From an uncultured Dehalococcoidia bacterium (GTDB taxonomy: Bacteria > Chloroflexota > Dehalococcoidia > SM23-28-2 > RBG-16-64-32), in assembly GCA_964558415.1 (NCBI GenBank), contig CAZLDI010000004.1:786-64785 (forward strand): a DNA stretch of 64,000 nt. Reading direction: 5' to 3'. Position numbers and translations under genes: made by a program. Shown piece by piece: positions 47,200 to 57,632 of this stretch. The notes below the pieces were generated by a model that was not told the origin of the DNA, searched no databases, and saw only the letters and a program-made list of their open reading frames with translations. Each line of letters begins with the position of its first letter. Position 1 is the first letter of the stretch.

Positions 47200-48063
47200 C
47201 TACCCGGGCTCCGTCGCGGGTGCGATCAGAGGCTTCACCAGCCCATCAGCCACCAGACAAACGAAGTCCAGCCCCGCGTACACCGCAGGGTCGTAGCCCC
47301 GCATAGCCGTCGTCGCACCCTCCTGCTCCATACGAGCGTAGTGCCCCAGCAAGACCAGCGCACGCAGATCAGCCTGGCGTGCGCGTAGCTCCTGCCCGGC
47401 CTCGGTCAGAATCAGCCGGAGGTTGCGACGGACGGCCAAGCCGACATCCTCCGCTGCAGCGGGAGGGCGGGCAATCAGCGTCAATCCCACGTCGCCGTCG
47501 AGACGCTGCACTGTCCACGCGTCAATCGTCTCGATCTCCGCCACTCGCCCCACCTCTAGCGCCGCCGCGCGCTCGACCACTGCGTCGAGCAGTTGCTCGA
47601 GCTGCTCGTCGGACTCCGGCAGCCGGTGCAAGCGCGTGGAGTCTAGGTCATATGTGCCGATCACGCGCTCGGTGAACCGAGCCCAATGGGGGTTCAATCC
47701 GCCGGTGACGGACACGACCCCGCCGGAGTCCGCGGCCTTGCGCAGGCGTAAGGTGATTGGCAAATGGACATACGATCGCTCGTGCGGTCCCAGTGCCACG
47801 GCAACCGCGCGTACGTGGTCAATGAACTGGGACATCGCTGGTTCACCGGCGGGGAGCCCCGCCCCGAAAGGCGCCCAGAGCGCGATGCGCGCCGGGATGG
47901 CGTTGGTGACCTGCTCCTCCAGACGGCTGACGGCAGAGATCCAGGCACCATCGTCCGGCGGCGGGAGCAGCGGCCGGACTTCGACCGCCGGCTGTAAACG
48001 GCGGGGGTACGACTCGCTTATCCAGCGGAGGAATAGCTCGGCGGCGACGTCACATTCGGGCAC
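47200..48063 (-). CDS. Hypothetical protein
   Basis: The ORF has strong codon bias. The N-terminus was trimmed to the GTG at 48063 to avoid a 52-nt overlap with the thiolase. No family was recognised. Confidence 0.5.
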   Translation of the reverse strand: MPECDVAAELFLRWISESYPRRLQPAVEVRPLLPPPDDGAWISAVSRLEEQVTNAIPARIALWAPFGAGLPAGEPAMSQFIDHVRAVAVALGPHERSYVHLPITLRLRKAADSGGVVSVTGGLNPHWARFTERVIGTYDLDSTRLHRLPESDEQLEQLLDAVVERAAALEVGRVAEIETIDAWTVQRLDGDVGLTLIARPPAAAEDVGLAVRRNLRLILTEAGQELRARQADLRALVLLGHYARMEQEGATTAMRGYDPAVYAGLDFVCLVADGLVKPLIAPATEPG

Positions 48064-48125
48064 TGCGCACCTACACCCAGACCAACCAGGCCTGTTCTGG
48101 GTTCTCGGTTCCCGGCTCTCTAGGG

Positions 48126-49307
48126 CTAGTTGACGCTCTCCACCACCATCGCGATGCCCTGGCCACCGCCGATGCACAGCGTCGCGAGGCCTCGTCTTGC
48201 GTCCCGGCGCCTCATCTCGTGGAGCAGTGTCACCAGGATGCGCGTGCCGCTCGCGCCGATCGGGTGACCGAGCGCGATCGCGCCGCCGTTGACATTGACC
48301 CGTTCCCAGTCCCAGCCGAGCTCGCGCCCGACGGCGAGAGACTGAGCGGCAAACGCCTCGTTCGCTTCGATCAGGTCCATGTCTCCGATGCTGAGGCCGG
48401 ACTTCGCGAGCGCTTTCTGCGACGCCGGCACTGGCCCTATGCCCATTACCCGCGGCGGCACACCGGCGCTGGCGTAAGAGCGGATGGAGGCCATCGGCGT
48501 GATCCCCAACTCCTCGGCCTTCTTGCGGGACATCACCACCATAGCCGCCGCACCGTCGTTGATACCGGACGCGTTGCCAGCCGTCACCGAGCCGTCGGGC
48601 TTGAAGGCCGCTCGCAGCGTCGATAGTCCCTCAATGTTTGTGTCCGCGCGGAAGTGCTCGTCGCGGTCGATGATGACGTCGCCCTTGCGCTGCTTCACCG
48701 TGACCGCGACGACCTCCTCGGCGAAGCGGCCGCTATCCCACGCCGCGGCCGCCTTCTGCTGGCTCTGGACGGAGAACTCGTCCTGGTCTATCCGGGAGAC
48801 TTCGTGGTCGGCGGCGACGTTTTCCGCCGTGATGCCCATGTGACAGTCGCCGAGCGCGCACCAGAGGCCGTCCTTGATCATGTGGTCCCACATCTCTCCG
48901 TGGCCCATGCGATAGCCGTAGCGCGCCTTCGGCAGCAGGTAGGGCGAGCCGGACATGCTCTCCATTCCACCGGCGACGACTACATCAGCATCGCCGAGCA
49001 TGATCGCCTGCGCGGCGAGGGCGACTGTCTTGAGGCCGGAGCCGCAGACCTTGTTCACCGCCGTCGCGGGCACGTTGTCGGGAAGTCCCGCCGCGATTGA
49101 TGCCTGCCGCGCGGAATTCATGCCGAGGCCGGCGGAGAGGACGTTGCCCATGATCACCTCGTCTACCTGGTCCGGCATCACCTTCGCGCGGCTCAGCGCC
49201 TCTCGGATCGCGATCGCTCCCAGCTCTGTGGCCGGCGTGTCGGCGAACGCGCCGCCGAACGTCCCGATGGGGGTTCGTACTGCGCCAGCGATGACGACTT
49301 CGTTCAT
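48126..49307 (-). CDS. Acetyl-CoA C-acetyltransferase (thiolase II)
   Basis: [15 protein letters not shown], the NKVCGSG active-site Cys, and the C-terminal GHPIGASG and CIGGGQG. Confidence 0.9.
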   Translation of the reverse strand: MNEVVIAGAVRTPIGTFGGAFADTPATELGAIAIREALSRAKVMPDQVDEVIMGNVLSAGLGMNSARQASIAAGLPDNVPATAVNKVCGSGLKTVALAAQAIMLGDADVVVAGGMESMSGSPYLLPKARYGYRMGHGEMWDHMIKDGLWCALGDCHMGITAENVAADHEVSRIDQDEFSVQSQQKAAAAWDSGRFAEEVVAVTVKQRKGDVIIDRDEHFRADTNIEGLSTLRAAFKPDGSVTAGNASGINDGAAAMVVMSRKKAEELGITPMASIRSYASAGVPPRVMGIGPVPASQKALAKSGLSIGDMDLIEANEAFAAQSLAVGRELGWDWERVNVNGGAIALGHPIGASGTRILVTLLHEMRRRDARRGLATLCIGGGQGIAMVVESVN

Positions 49308-49681
49308 ATTGGGCCTCCTTCGTCGTAGTAAAGCAGCAGGTCCGCCTCTTTTAGCTGACCGGAGACTGGATCAACGCTGAGGGCGAGCGTCTCGAGCGTG
49401 AAGACACCAAGCAGGGTCTGGTCGAGGGTTTCACTTACGAGCACCGGATTGATCTCGCTCTTACCATCGATCTCGAGGAGGGCGAATGTGCGGCGGAGCT
49501 CAACTTCGTGTGTGGCGGTCTTCACGCGGCGGGTGCCCATCTCCGGAAGTTGCAGCGAGTCGGCAAGGGGCCGAGGTATGACCGTGAACGTCGCGCCGGT
49601 ATCAACCAGGGCCTCAACTGTCGCAGTTAGGTCCCCATTGTTCGGATTGGAAATGGTGAGACTAACGCGAATATGCCCCAT
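49304..49681 (-). CDS. Retropepsin-like (clan AA) aspartic protease
   Basis: [18 protein letters not shown] motif in a 125-aa product. Its stop overlaps the thiolase start by 4 nt. Confidence 0.65.
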   Translation of the reverse strand: MGHIRVSLTISNPNNGDLTATVEALVDTGATFTVIPRPLADSLQLPEMGTRRVKTATHEVELRRTFALLEIDGKSEINPVLVSETLDQTLLGVFTLETLALSVDPVSGQLKEADLLLYYDEGGPI

Positions 49682-49727
49682 TCAGGTAACTCCTGCACGA
49701 GTAGCATAACATGCGAGGGCAGGCGTC

Positions 49728-50393
49728 TTAGCGACCGTCCTCCGCCTTGTACCCACGCCCCTGCTCAGGCACCTCAACGTCGAGCGCCCGCCACATGTAC
49801 CACGAGCCCACACTCCGGTACGGCTGCCACGGCTCGGCGATCCGGCGCATCTTGTCCGGCTTCGGGGGCTCGCTCAGCCCGTAAGTGATCTGCATCCCCT
49901 TCCGCACTCCCAGGTCGTCGACGGGTAGGACGTCGGGCCGCCCCAGCGAGAACATCAGAAGCATCTCCGCCGTCCAGCGACCGATCCCTTTCACCGATGA
50001 CGCCTTCGCGATCACCTCCTCGTCGTCGAGGTGGTGGAAGCCGTCCTCGTCCAACTCGCCCGAGGCGAACTTCTCGGCCAGGTCTCGCAGATAGACGAGC
50101 TTCTGCCGCGACAGGCCCGCCCCCCGCAGCTCCTCCTCGCTTGCCGCGAGGAACTGCTGCGGCCGGTACCAGTCGTCCTCCTCGACGCCCAGGACAGCGA
50201 GCGTGCGCCTCAGGATCGCGCGGGCGGCCGGTCCTGCCAGCTGCTGAAAGAAGATCGCGCGCGCCAGGTTGCGGAACATCCCGGCCCGCGGCTCCAGCGT
50301 GAACGCGCCGTAGGTGTCGATCACGCGCGCCAGCGCCGGATCAGCGCCGCGCAAGTGCGCGACGGCGGTCTCAGGATCGTAGGTTAGAGGCAT
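49728..50393 (-). CDS. DNA-3-methyladenine glycosylase II (AlkA-like), HhH-GPD superfamily
   Basis: GIGRWTAEMLLMFSLGRPDVLPVDDLGVRKG is a helix-hairpin-helix with the catalytic Asp. Confidence 0.8.
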   Translation of the reverse strand: MPLTYDPETAVAHLRGADPALARVIDTYGAFTLEPRAGMFRNLARAIFFQQLAGPAARAILRRTLAVLGVEEDDWYRPQQFLAASEEELRGAGLSRQKLVYLRDLAEKFASGELDEDGFHHLDDEEVIAKASSVKGIGRWTAEMLLMFSLGRPDVLPVDDLGVRKGMQITYGLSEPPKPDKMRRIAEPWQPYRSVGSWYMWRALDVEVPEQGRGYKAEDGR

Positions 50394-51154
50394 TGGCTAT
50401 CCGCTGCGTCAGCCAACCCATCCAGATCGTTGTCCACGCCATCTGAGCAGGTTAGACCGACAACGCGGTGCTCGGGGGTGCTGCCTGCACTCCGCGGGTC
50501 AGACCCGCGATTCTCCTCGACATATGTTAACCAGCCGTCACCGTCAGCATCTGAGCAGGCGTCCGTCAGACCAAAATCCTGGCAGCCGAGGCGGCATCCC
50601 GCGTCTGGCCGATCCGCATGTCCGTCGCCGTCGTTGTCCATGCCATCGCTACATATGTTGGTGCCGCGCTGTTCATCTGTGGCCAAGAGCTCGGGAATGC
50701 TGAGAGGACTCTGAGGATCGGATCCATAATATGACTCGAATCCGTCAGAATACCCATCGCCATCTACATCAGGCGGAGGGCAGTGCGATGATGGACTAAA
50801 GTCGATGCAATCCCCCGGGAACGGAACGACACGCGGGCCGAGGATACAGCCTCGAACGGCCAGATAGTCTTTGACTCCGGTATAAACGAGAAAGCGCTCT
50901 GCGCCTGCCGAACCCCTGAATACTCCAGGGTTGAAGCTTCCGCTGAACCGTGGTCCAAACTCTATCTGCTCGCCGGTAACGTCATCGCGACGACTATGCC
51001 CGTCGAGCGCGCCTCTGGCGATCGCACTACGGAGATGTCCAAGACAATCGCTTTCTATCTCCATCGCCTCTGCCGCCGACTGTGGAAGCCCAAGGGAACT
51101 GACAGCCACCGCAATCCACACGAATATTGGCAACGCACTCCAAGCTTGGCGCAT
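50384..51154 (-). CDS. Secreted protein with thrombospondin type-3-like Ca-binding repeats (D-x-D-x-D-G-x-x-D-x-x-D/C)
   Basis: Signal peptide MRQAWSALPIFVWIAVAVSSLGLPQSAAEA, followed by repeated CSDGMDNDGDGHAD and CSDGVDNDLDGLADAAD modules. Confidence 0.6.
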   Translation of the reverse strand: MRQAWSALPIFVWIAVAVSSLGLPQSAAEAMEIESDCLGHLRSAIARGALDGHSRRDDVTGEQIEFGPRFSGSFNPGVFRGSAGAERFLVYTGVKDYLAVRGCILGPRVVPFPGDCIDFSPSSHCPPPDVDGDGYSDGFESYYGSDPQSPLSIPELLATDEQRGTNICSDGMDNDGDGHADRPDAGCRLGCQDFGLTDACSDADGDGWLTYVEENRGSDPRSAGSTPEHRVVGLTCSDGVDNDLDGLADAADSQCL

Positions 51155-51187
51155 AGTGTATGGATTATAGGTGACGTCGGGTAAAAG

Positions 51188-51721
51188 TCAAACCGTCTCC
51201 CACGCCCAGCCGTCGTTGCGCTGACGTAGCGCGCGGATGTGGTTGATCTCGCCGGCGTGGTAGAGGTCGTGCCCGATCAGCACGCCGATGATCCAGCGTG
51301 TCTCCCTGGTCCCGCCTTCTGGCCGGCGGCGCGGCGTCAGCAGATCGCTGTCATCAAGAGAGGCGACATGCTCTCGCAAGCGGGCATGGCCCTCGCGCAC
51401 CCAGGCCAACACATCGGCCATGGGCGGCTCACCGCCGGGGACGGGATCGCGACTCTGGAGGTCCTCCATCGTGCACGCGAGGCCGCCCGCCGGGTGGTCC
51501 CACGTCAGGCTCGCATCGCCGAACGCGAAGTTGTCGTACGTGAACTTACTCGCGCCCACGTGGCCCATGATCTTGCGGATTGAGCGCGTGGCCTCCGGGG
51601 GCGTCCAGCGCCAGATGTCCTCGTCGACGTCCCGCAGATTCGCCAGCAGTGAATGCTCGCCGTGCTATTCAAACGCCTCGTCCATCATGTAGACGAAGGC
51701 TTCAACTGCGGAACGGCTCAT
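51188..51721 (-). pseudogene. DinB_2-family gene, copy 1, interrupted by an in-frame TAG after codon 18
   Basis: The ATG at 51721 gives MSRSAVEAFVYMMDEAFE-TAG (51665..51667)-HGEHSLLANL...IRKIMGHVGASKF.... The same frame continues into tracked ORF 51188..51568. No start codon lies between the TAG and the MGHV ATG. Confidence 0.55.
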
Positions 51722-51857
51722 CGCAATGTCCAATATTACCTCAGGCCGGACGGCGGGCTCACCCTGCGATGACACCCGGCCCTCGGAGTTCGGGGCGCTT
51801 CTGAGATACGATCATTGAGGTGGCAGCGCAGGTGATGGACGAGGTTCACGGAGCAAG

Positions 51858-51969
51858 ACAATCATGTCGAAGTCAATCAAGACCAAGGCGCCAAGCCAAA
51901 CGTGCGACGGCCCCAAGAACAGAGATTTTCTGAAACACAATCAAGATCTGAGGGGCAACAATCAAGATC
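51858..51969. repeat. Four spaced copies of a CAATCA(AGATC) motif in the intergenic region between the two DinB-like copies. The last two are 11-mers, CAATCAAGATC, spaced 21 nt apart.
   Basis: CAATCA is at 51858, CAATCAAGAC at 51874, and CAATCAAGATC at 51938 and 51959. Confidence 0.4.
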
Positions 51970-51980
51970 GGCTCGGCCTG

Positions 51981-52455
51981 CTACGACCACTTGTCGTCGC
52001 CCTGGTGCAGGGCGCGGATCAGGTTGATCTCGCCGGCGTGATAAACGCCGTGCTCGGTCATCGAGGCGATGATCCGGCGCGTCTCTCGCAGCTCGCCCCA
52101 GTGCGTCCGCCGCGGCTCCAAGAGCTGGTCGTCGCTTAGCTTCGCCACGTGCTCACGGAAGGCGCCATGGGCCTCGCGCAGCCAGGCGGTCATCTCCTCG
52201 ATCGAGCGTTGCTGGCGCCACCGTGAATCCTCCCAAGTCAGCGCCCCATCGCCGAACGCGTGGTTCTCGAACATGAACAGCGCGCCCGCAACGTGATTGG
52301 CTATCTCCAGGATGGTGCGCCCGCCGCCGGGCGGCAGCCACGTCCAGTCCTCCGGCCCAACTGCCTCCAAGGTTGGACATTAGAGACTGCGCGTGTTCGG
52401 ACTCGAAAGCCTCGTCCAGGAGGTAGAGGATCTGCTCGACGGCGGTGCCGCTCAT
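51981..52455 (-). pseudogene. DinB_2-family gene, copy 2, with a 1-nt frameshift near codon 30
   Basis: The N-terminal frame (MSGTAVEQILYLLDEAFESEHAQSLMSNL) and the body frame (EAVGPEDWTWLPPGGGRTILEIANHV...) are offset by one nucleotide at ~52355-52365. This is the same place as the lesion in copy 1. Confidence 0.5.
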
Positions 52456-53318
52456 AGCGCCTGCCAGTAGCGCCGCCCCTCCAGGCGAACGATACTCCCG
52501 AAGCCTCCGCCGGGGAAATGTCCGGCGGCGACAGCTTTCATGCCTTCCGCCTCGATGCGCTCAAGGAGCGCCGTTCGCGTGCGCACAGCCAGCGCCTCGT
52601 CGGAATCGAAAGGCTCGCTCCAATCCGGGTTCGTGATCTGGGCCGGGTTGCCCACCACATCGCCCGTGATCAACGCCTTCTCGCCGCCGGAAGCGATTAG
52701 CAGGCTCATGTGTCCGAGCGTGTGGCCGGGCGTGCAGAGCGCGGTGACTTCTGGGCCCAGGGCGTGGTCGCCTTCCAGGAGATCGAGCACGCCCTGCGCC
52801 TTCAGTGGCTCGACCGAGGCTTTGATCGCCGGGCCGAAGACCGGGTTCGCGAGTACCTGCGGCGACGTGAACTCCTCCCAGTCCGCGCGGTGCACGACAT
52901 AGCGCGCGTTCGGGAAGCGCGGCCTGCCCGCCCCATCGACGTTCCAGCCGATGTGGTCGAGGTGCAGGTGCGTCATGAAGACGGTGTCGATTTCGCCGGG
53001 CCGCACGCCAGCCGAGGCGAGGCCGCCCATCAGGAGTCCTCCGGCGCTGCCCAGGATGGGGTTCGGGCTCTCACCGATGCCGGTGTCGACCAATAGCATC
53101 GCGCCCGGCGAGCGCACGAGGTACGAGTTGAACTGGAACCGGACGCCCTCACCGGCGAAAGCGTCGGGATATCGCTCGCGGAACGGCCTCCAGTCTTCAG
53201 CCGTCACGCCCGGGTAGAGCTGGTCGAGACGCATCGGGAACTCGGCGTCGCCGTCCGATGCGGCCGTGATCGTCACCTTGCCAACGGTGATCGTGCGTGT
53301 TACCGACGGAATCGTCAC
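52452..53318 (-). CDS. MBL-fold metallo-hydrolase
   Basis: HLHLDHIGW (HxHxDH) motif. A GTG start at 53318 with an AGGAG RBS avoids overlap with the upstream SDR gene. Confidence 0.75.
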   Translation of the reverse strand: MTIPSVTRTITVGKVTITAASDGDAEFPMRLDQLYPGVTAEDWRPFRERYPDAFAGEGVRFQFNSYLVRSPGAMLLVDTGIGESPNPILGSAGGLLMGGLASAGVRPGEIDTVFMTHLHLDHIGWNVDGAGRPRFPNARYVVHRADWEEFTSPQVLANPVFGPAIKASVEPLKAQGVLDLLEGDHALGPEVTALCTPGHTLGHMSLLIASGGEKALITGDVVGNPAQITNPDWSEPFDSDEALAVRTRTALLERIEAEGMKAVAAGHFPGGGFGSIVRLEGRRYWQAL

Positions 53319-53364
53319 GTCTACTTGCTCCTGACTCCCGGCTCTTAGCTCCTTGCTCCCGGCC

Positions 53365-54111
53365 CTACTGCATGTACATCCCGCCATTGATGCTGATCTG
53401 CGCTCCGGTCACGTAGCCTCCCTCGGTGCAGAGGAAGCGGGTGATCTGCGCCACCTCCTCCGGCTTGCCGAAGCGGCCGAGCGGAATCTTCGCCAGCAGC
53501 GCCTTCTGAACGTCCTCCGTGAGGTTGGTCACCATTTCCGTCTCGATGAAGCCGGGACAGAGCGCGTTCACGGTGATGTTGAAACGGGCGAACTCCTGCG
53601 CGGCCGATTTCGAGAAGCCGATGATCCCTGCCTTCGCGGCTGAGTAGTTGGACTGCCCGAGGTTTCCCATCTGCCCGACGATCGAGGCCATGTTTACGAT
53701 GCGGCCGCCACCGCGCTCGATCATGTGCGGCAGCGCAGCGTAGGTGCAGTAGAAGACGCTATCGAGGTCCGTCGAGAGCACTTCGCGCCACTCCTCCACG
53801 GTCATGCGCCGGACAGTGCGGTCGCGATTAACGCCGGCGTTGTTGACCAGGATGTCGATCCCTCCGAAAGCCTTCACGGCCTCCTCGATCAGCCGGTTGC
53901 AGTCATCGGGGTGTGCCACGCCGGCCTGCACGCAGATCGCCTCCTGCCCCTTACCCTGTATCTCCGCCAGCAACTGGTCCGCGGCCTCCTTGTTCGTGTA
54001 GTAGTTCAGGACGACCTTGCAGCCGTGGTCCGCCAGCTCAATGGCGATGGCGCGGCCGAGACCACGCGAGCTGCCGGTGACGATGGCGACTTTGTCTTGC
54101 AGACAGGACAC
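53365..54111 (-). CDS. 3-oxoacyl-ACP reductase-like SDR (FabG family)
   Basis: TGSSRGLGRAIA, NNAG and YSAAKAG (YxxxK). Confidence 0.85.
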   Translation of the reverse strand: MSCLQDKVAIVTGSSRGLGRAIAIELADHGCKVVLNYYTNKEAADQLLAEIQGKGQEAICVQAGVAHPDDCNRLIEEAVKAFGGIDILVNNAGVNRDRTVRRMTVEEWREVLSTDLDSVFYCTYAALPHMIERGGGRIVNMASIVGQMGNLGQSNYSAAKAGIIGFSKSAAQEFARFNITVNALCPGFIETEMVTNLTEDVQKALLAKIPLGRFGKPEEVAQITRFLCTEGGYVTGAQISINGGMYMQ

Positions 54112-54198
54112 GGGCGAGCCTCGATTCAGTGGTTAGAGGTAAGGACAGTGCAGAGTTTTATACCACGTCCGCGGGCGTCGGGACAGTGATGGCGGTTC

Positions 54199-55866
54199 TC
54201 AGACCGCCGTCGGCGCGCGGTAGTCACCGAAGACCACACGCATGACGCCGCAGATCTCGCCGACAGAGGCGTACGCCTTTACCGCCTCGACGATTGAGGG
54301 CATCAGGCTCTCGGTCCCCCGGCAGGCGTCCTCGAGTCGACGGAGCGAGGCCTCGACGGCTGACTGGTCGCGCCCGGTCCTGACGCGTTTCAGCCGTTCG
54401 ATCTGAGCGCGCTCAGCCTCCGGGTTCACGCGGAAGATCATCTGCGGCTCTTCGTCCTCCTGGCGGAAGCGATTGACGCCGACGATCACCTTCTTGCCGG
54501 CGTCGATTGCCGTCTGGTAGGCGTACGAGGCCTCCTGGATCTCGCGCTGGACGAAGCCCGACTCGATCGCGGCGACTGCGCCGCCCATGTCGAGCACGCG
54601 GTCGAGGTACTCCCAGGCCCTTTGCTCCAGTTCGTCCGTCAGGGCCTCGATGTAGTACGAGCCGGCGAAGGGATCGATCGTGCTGGCGACGCCGCTCTCG
54701 TAGGCGATCACCTGCTGGGTGCGCACAGCAATGCGTTGGGCCTCTTCGGTCGGCAGGGCGAGCGCTTCATCGTAGCAGGAGAGGGCCAGCGACTGCACGC
54801 CGCCGAGAACGGTGGAGAGCGCCTGGAGCGCGGTGCGGATGATGTTCACCTCCGGCTGCTGCGCGGTGAGGGTGGCGCCGCCCGTCTGGACGTGCGTGCG
54901 GAACATCCAGGAGCGCGGGTCCTCGGCCTTGAAGCGCTCACGCATGATCTTCGCCCACATGCGGCGGAGGGCGCGGTACTTGGCGACCTCCTCGAGGAAG
55001 TTGTTCTGTGTATTGAATATCCAGGAGATGCGCGGACCGACTTCATCGACGCTTACGCCCCGTTCCACAGCGGCCTCGATGTAGGCGATCGCGTTGGCGA
55101 AGGTGAAGGCCATCTCCTGGACCGCCGTCGAGCCCGCGTCGCGGATGTGGTAGCCGCTGATGCTGATCGGGTTGAAGCGGGGCAATTCGCGGGCGCAGTA
55201 GGCCATCAGGTCGGCCGCGAGACGGAGGGACGGTTTCGGCGGGTAGATGTAAGTGCCCCTGGCGACGTACTCCTTGAGCACGTCGTTCTGCGCCGTGCCC
55301 GAAACCTGGTCACTAGGCACGCCCTGTTTCTCGCCGACGACGGCGTACATCGCGACCAGCACCGCAGCAGGGGCGTTGATGGTCATCGAAGTGCTGACCT
55401 GATCCAGCGGAATCCCCTCGAACATCGCTTCCATGTCGGCGAGGGTGTCAATAGCCACCCCCACCTTACCGACCTCGCCTTCGGACAGTGGGTCATCGGA
55501 GTCGTAGCCCAGCTGCGTGGGGAGGTCGAAGGCGACTGAAAGGCCGGGTTGGCCCTCCTTCAGCAGGAACTTGAAGCGCTGGTTCGTCTCGTCAGGAGTC
55601 CCAAAGCCGGCGTACTGACGGATGGACCAGAGGCGGCCGCGGTACATGGTCGGCTGAACGCCGCGGGTGTACGGATATTCGCCCGGGTAGCCGATGTCGC
55701 CGTCGTAGTCGCGGCCGTCGTCCCAGGGACCGTAGAGAGGCTTCGATTCAGTTGAGCTGGTGCAGAAGTCAGTGTCCGCACGCTCGCCACCGCGCTCCAC
55801 CGCCTTGCGGTAGCCAGAGTCGAGCCAGCTATCGTGGTCTTGCTTTGGACCGTTGTCCTGTGACAT
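54199..55866 (-). CDS. Methylmalonyl-CoA mutase-family catalytic (large) subunit with no fused B12-binding domain
   Basis: [26 protein letters not shown]...[16 protein letters not shown] is the MCM TIM-barrel domain. The start was moved to the ATG for MSQDNG at 55866. Confidence 0.85.
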   Translation of the reverse strand: MSQDNGPKQDHDSWLDSGYRKAVERGGERADTDFCTSSTESKPLYGPWDDGRDYDGDIGYPGEYPYTRGVQPTMYRGRLWSIRQYAGFGTPDETNQRFKFLLKEGQPGLSVAFDLPTQLGYDSDDPLSEGEVGKVGVAIDTLADMEAMFEGIPLDQVSTSMTINAPAAVLVAMYAVVGEKQGVPSDQVSGTAQNDVLKEYVARGTYIYPPKPSLRLAADLMAYCARELPRFNPISISGYHIRDAGSTAVQEMAFTFANAIAYIEAAVERGVSVDEVGPRISWIFNTQNNFLEEVAKYRALRRMWAKIMRERFKAEDPRSWMFRTHVQTGGATLTAQQPEVNIIRTALQALSTVLGGVQSLALSCYDEALALPTEEAQRIAVRTQQVIAYESGVASTIDPFAGSYYIEALTDELEQRAWEYLDRVLDMGGAVAAIESGFVQREIQEASYAYQTAIDAGKKVIVGVNRFRQEDEEPQMIFRVNPEAERAQIERLKRVRTGRDQSAVEASLRRLEDACRGTESLMPSIVEAVKAYASVGEICGVMRVVFGDYRAPTAV

Positions 55867-55954
55867 CTGCGTACCCCCATTAAAGCCCAGCAACAGCAAA
55901 GTTTCAAGGCGACGCCACACCCAAGGAGTATTGTTGAGCTTACGAGGCCTCCGC

Positions 55955-56545
55955 ATGGAACCCACGATAGGCCGACGCCGAAGGATGAGGACCGGAGTCG
56001 TTGTTGCCCTGATGGTTCCACTGATGGTTGCCTTCGTCGCAGCGATACTGGCAGCGCAGGCCGGTCCTCACGACCTTGTGCTGGCGGGGGTGCCGCGGAG
56101 TGTCGTGCAGGGAGTTGAAGTCGTGTCGGACCGCGACGTGGCGGTGACGGCGGATGCAGCCCTGGCGCTGGCCCGAGAAAGGGCGGGGGACCCGAATGCC
56201 GATGTGCGCCAGGTTGTGCTGGGGCGTTACAGCGATCGGTCGTCAGCCGAGCAATGGCGAGAGATGGTGGTATGGTTCGTAAACTTTGCCGATCCCGGAA
56301 GCTTGTCGATGTCGGCTCATTGCGGATTCGAGGCGGATTACTGCAATTGCAACTGGGCCTACCACGCCGGATATGTCGTCGTAGAGATCGATGCAACAGA
56401 CGGGAGCGTGCTCGGCTTATCCTCGGGAGGCGGTTTCATAGATCCGTCGATACCTGCGACCGGCGGTTACCAGCCGACCGATAACGTGCGCGAGCGATGC
56501 CAGCGTCTCCTTGAGGAGCAGCAAGAGATCGGTAACTCTCCTTGA
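55955..56545 (+). CDS. Hypothetical membrane-anchored or secreted protein
   Basis: An N-terminal TM/signal segment [23 protein letters not shown], and a Cys-rich C-terminal part ([12 protein letters not shown]). Confidence 0.45.
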   Translation: MEPTIGRRRRMRTGVVVALMVPLMVAFVAAILAAQAGPHDLVLAGVPRSVVQGVEVVSDRDVAVTADAALALARERAGDPNADVRQVVLGRYSDRSSAEQWREMVVWFVNFADPGSLSMSAHCGFEADYCNCNWAYHAGYVVVEIDATDGSVLGLSSGGGFIDPSIPATGGYQPTDNVRERCQRLLEEQQEIGNSP

Positions 56546-56600
56546 CCGCGCGTTCGCGCGCTCAATATAATCCGCCTCGTCACCGCCCGAAGGAGCCTTC

Positions 56601-57629
56601 ATGTACATACTGCAGAAGCTAGGCCGCTTCGTCATCCCGCGCACGGAGCTAACGTATCCCTGCCACCAACTCAAAATGCACCAGAACGCGGCTGTCGCAC
56701 CCGTTGACCAGGTGATGGCCGACTTCGAGGACGCCTGCCCGTACGAATTCAAGGGAGAGGCGAGCCGGGCGACGATGGTGGAGGCGCTGAACAGCGTGGA
56801 CTTCGGCGGGAAGGTGGTTGTGATCCGCCCCAACAATATCCACTCGAAGTACTTCCTTGGAGACATCGAAGCGATCATGCTCGGCGCGGTGGACCGCTTC
56901 CACGGGATAATCCTTCCGAAGACGGAGACGCCGGAGGACATCGTCTTCCTCTCGAGGCTACTCGACGCGATGGAGCAGCGGGCCGGCTGGACGACCCGCG
57001 TTCAGATCGAGGCGCTGATCGAGACGCCGCTGGCAGTGGTGAACGCTTACAGGATCGCGACCGCTTCGGCGCGCATGGCGGGACTGATCTTCGGGATAGC
57101 CGACTTCTCAGCCAGCCTGGGCGTGCGGGAGATGGTGGACGACCAGAACCGCAACTTCCACTACGCCAAGCAGGCGACAGTGGTGGCAGCGAAAGCGGCC
57201 GGGCTGCACGCGGTGGACAACGCTTACCTGCGCATCGTGAGGAAGGACACGCCACCGGACGAGGCGAAGATGATTGAGGCGGGACTCCGAGAAAAGAACG
57301 TGCAGTCGGCAAACCTGGGCTTCGACGGCACGTGGGTGATTCATCCGCAGCAAGCCGAGATCGCTAACGCCTGCTATACCCCCGACGACGAGACGATCGA
57401 GACCCTCAAAGGGGCCGTCGAGGCGTACCACGAGATGGGCGGCGGCTCTATCGTCAATCCGCGCACGGGAGAATTCGACGATGAGGCGACGATAAAAGGC
57501 AAATTGATGGACCTGGCGAAGGCTGCGCAAGGCGGCAAAGTAGATTGGGGCTACCTCTCGGAGATGGCCGCCAAGTCCACCGCCGTGACCGGCTACGACA
57601 TCCTCGCAAAGATGGGCCGTGTGGCGTAG
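56601..57629 (+). CDS. HpcH/HpaI aldolase / CitE family lyase, malyl-CoA (beta-methylmalyl-CoA / citramalyl-CoA) lyase-like
   Basis: AAGGAG RBS then ATG. VDQVMADFEDA...GKVVVIRPNNI...GIILPKTETPEDI aligns with Mcl-type lyases (VDVLCGNLEDA...). Confidence 0.8.
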   Translation: MYILQKLGRFVIPRTELTYPCHQLKMHQNAAVAPVDQVMADFEDACPYEFKGEASRATMVEALNSVDFGGKVVVIRPNNIHSKYFLGDIEAIMLGAVDRFHGIILPKTETPEDIVFLSRLLDAMEQRAGWTTRVQIEALIETPLAVVNAYRIATASARMAGLIFGIADFSASLGVREMVDDQNRNFHYAKQATVVAAKAAGLHAVDNAYLRIVRKDTPPDEAKMIEAGLREKNVQSANLGFDGTWVIHPQQAEIANACYTPDDETIETLKGAVEAYHEMGGGSIVNPRTGEFDDEATIKGKLMDLAKAAQGGKVDWGYLSEMAAKSTAVTGYDILAKMGRVA

Positions 57630-57632
57630 GGC

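Noticed and set aside
51864-52139. 91-aa plus-strand ORF between the DinB-like copies
   Set aside because: It overlaps the CAATCA repeat spacer and the 3' part of DinB copy 2 on the opposite strand. Lys/Asn-rich composition is atypical for this genome.
54622-55539. 305-aa plus-strand ORF
   Set aside because: Antisense to the acyl-CoA mutase gene.
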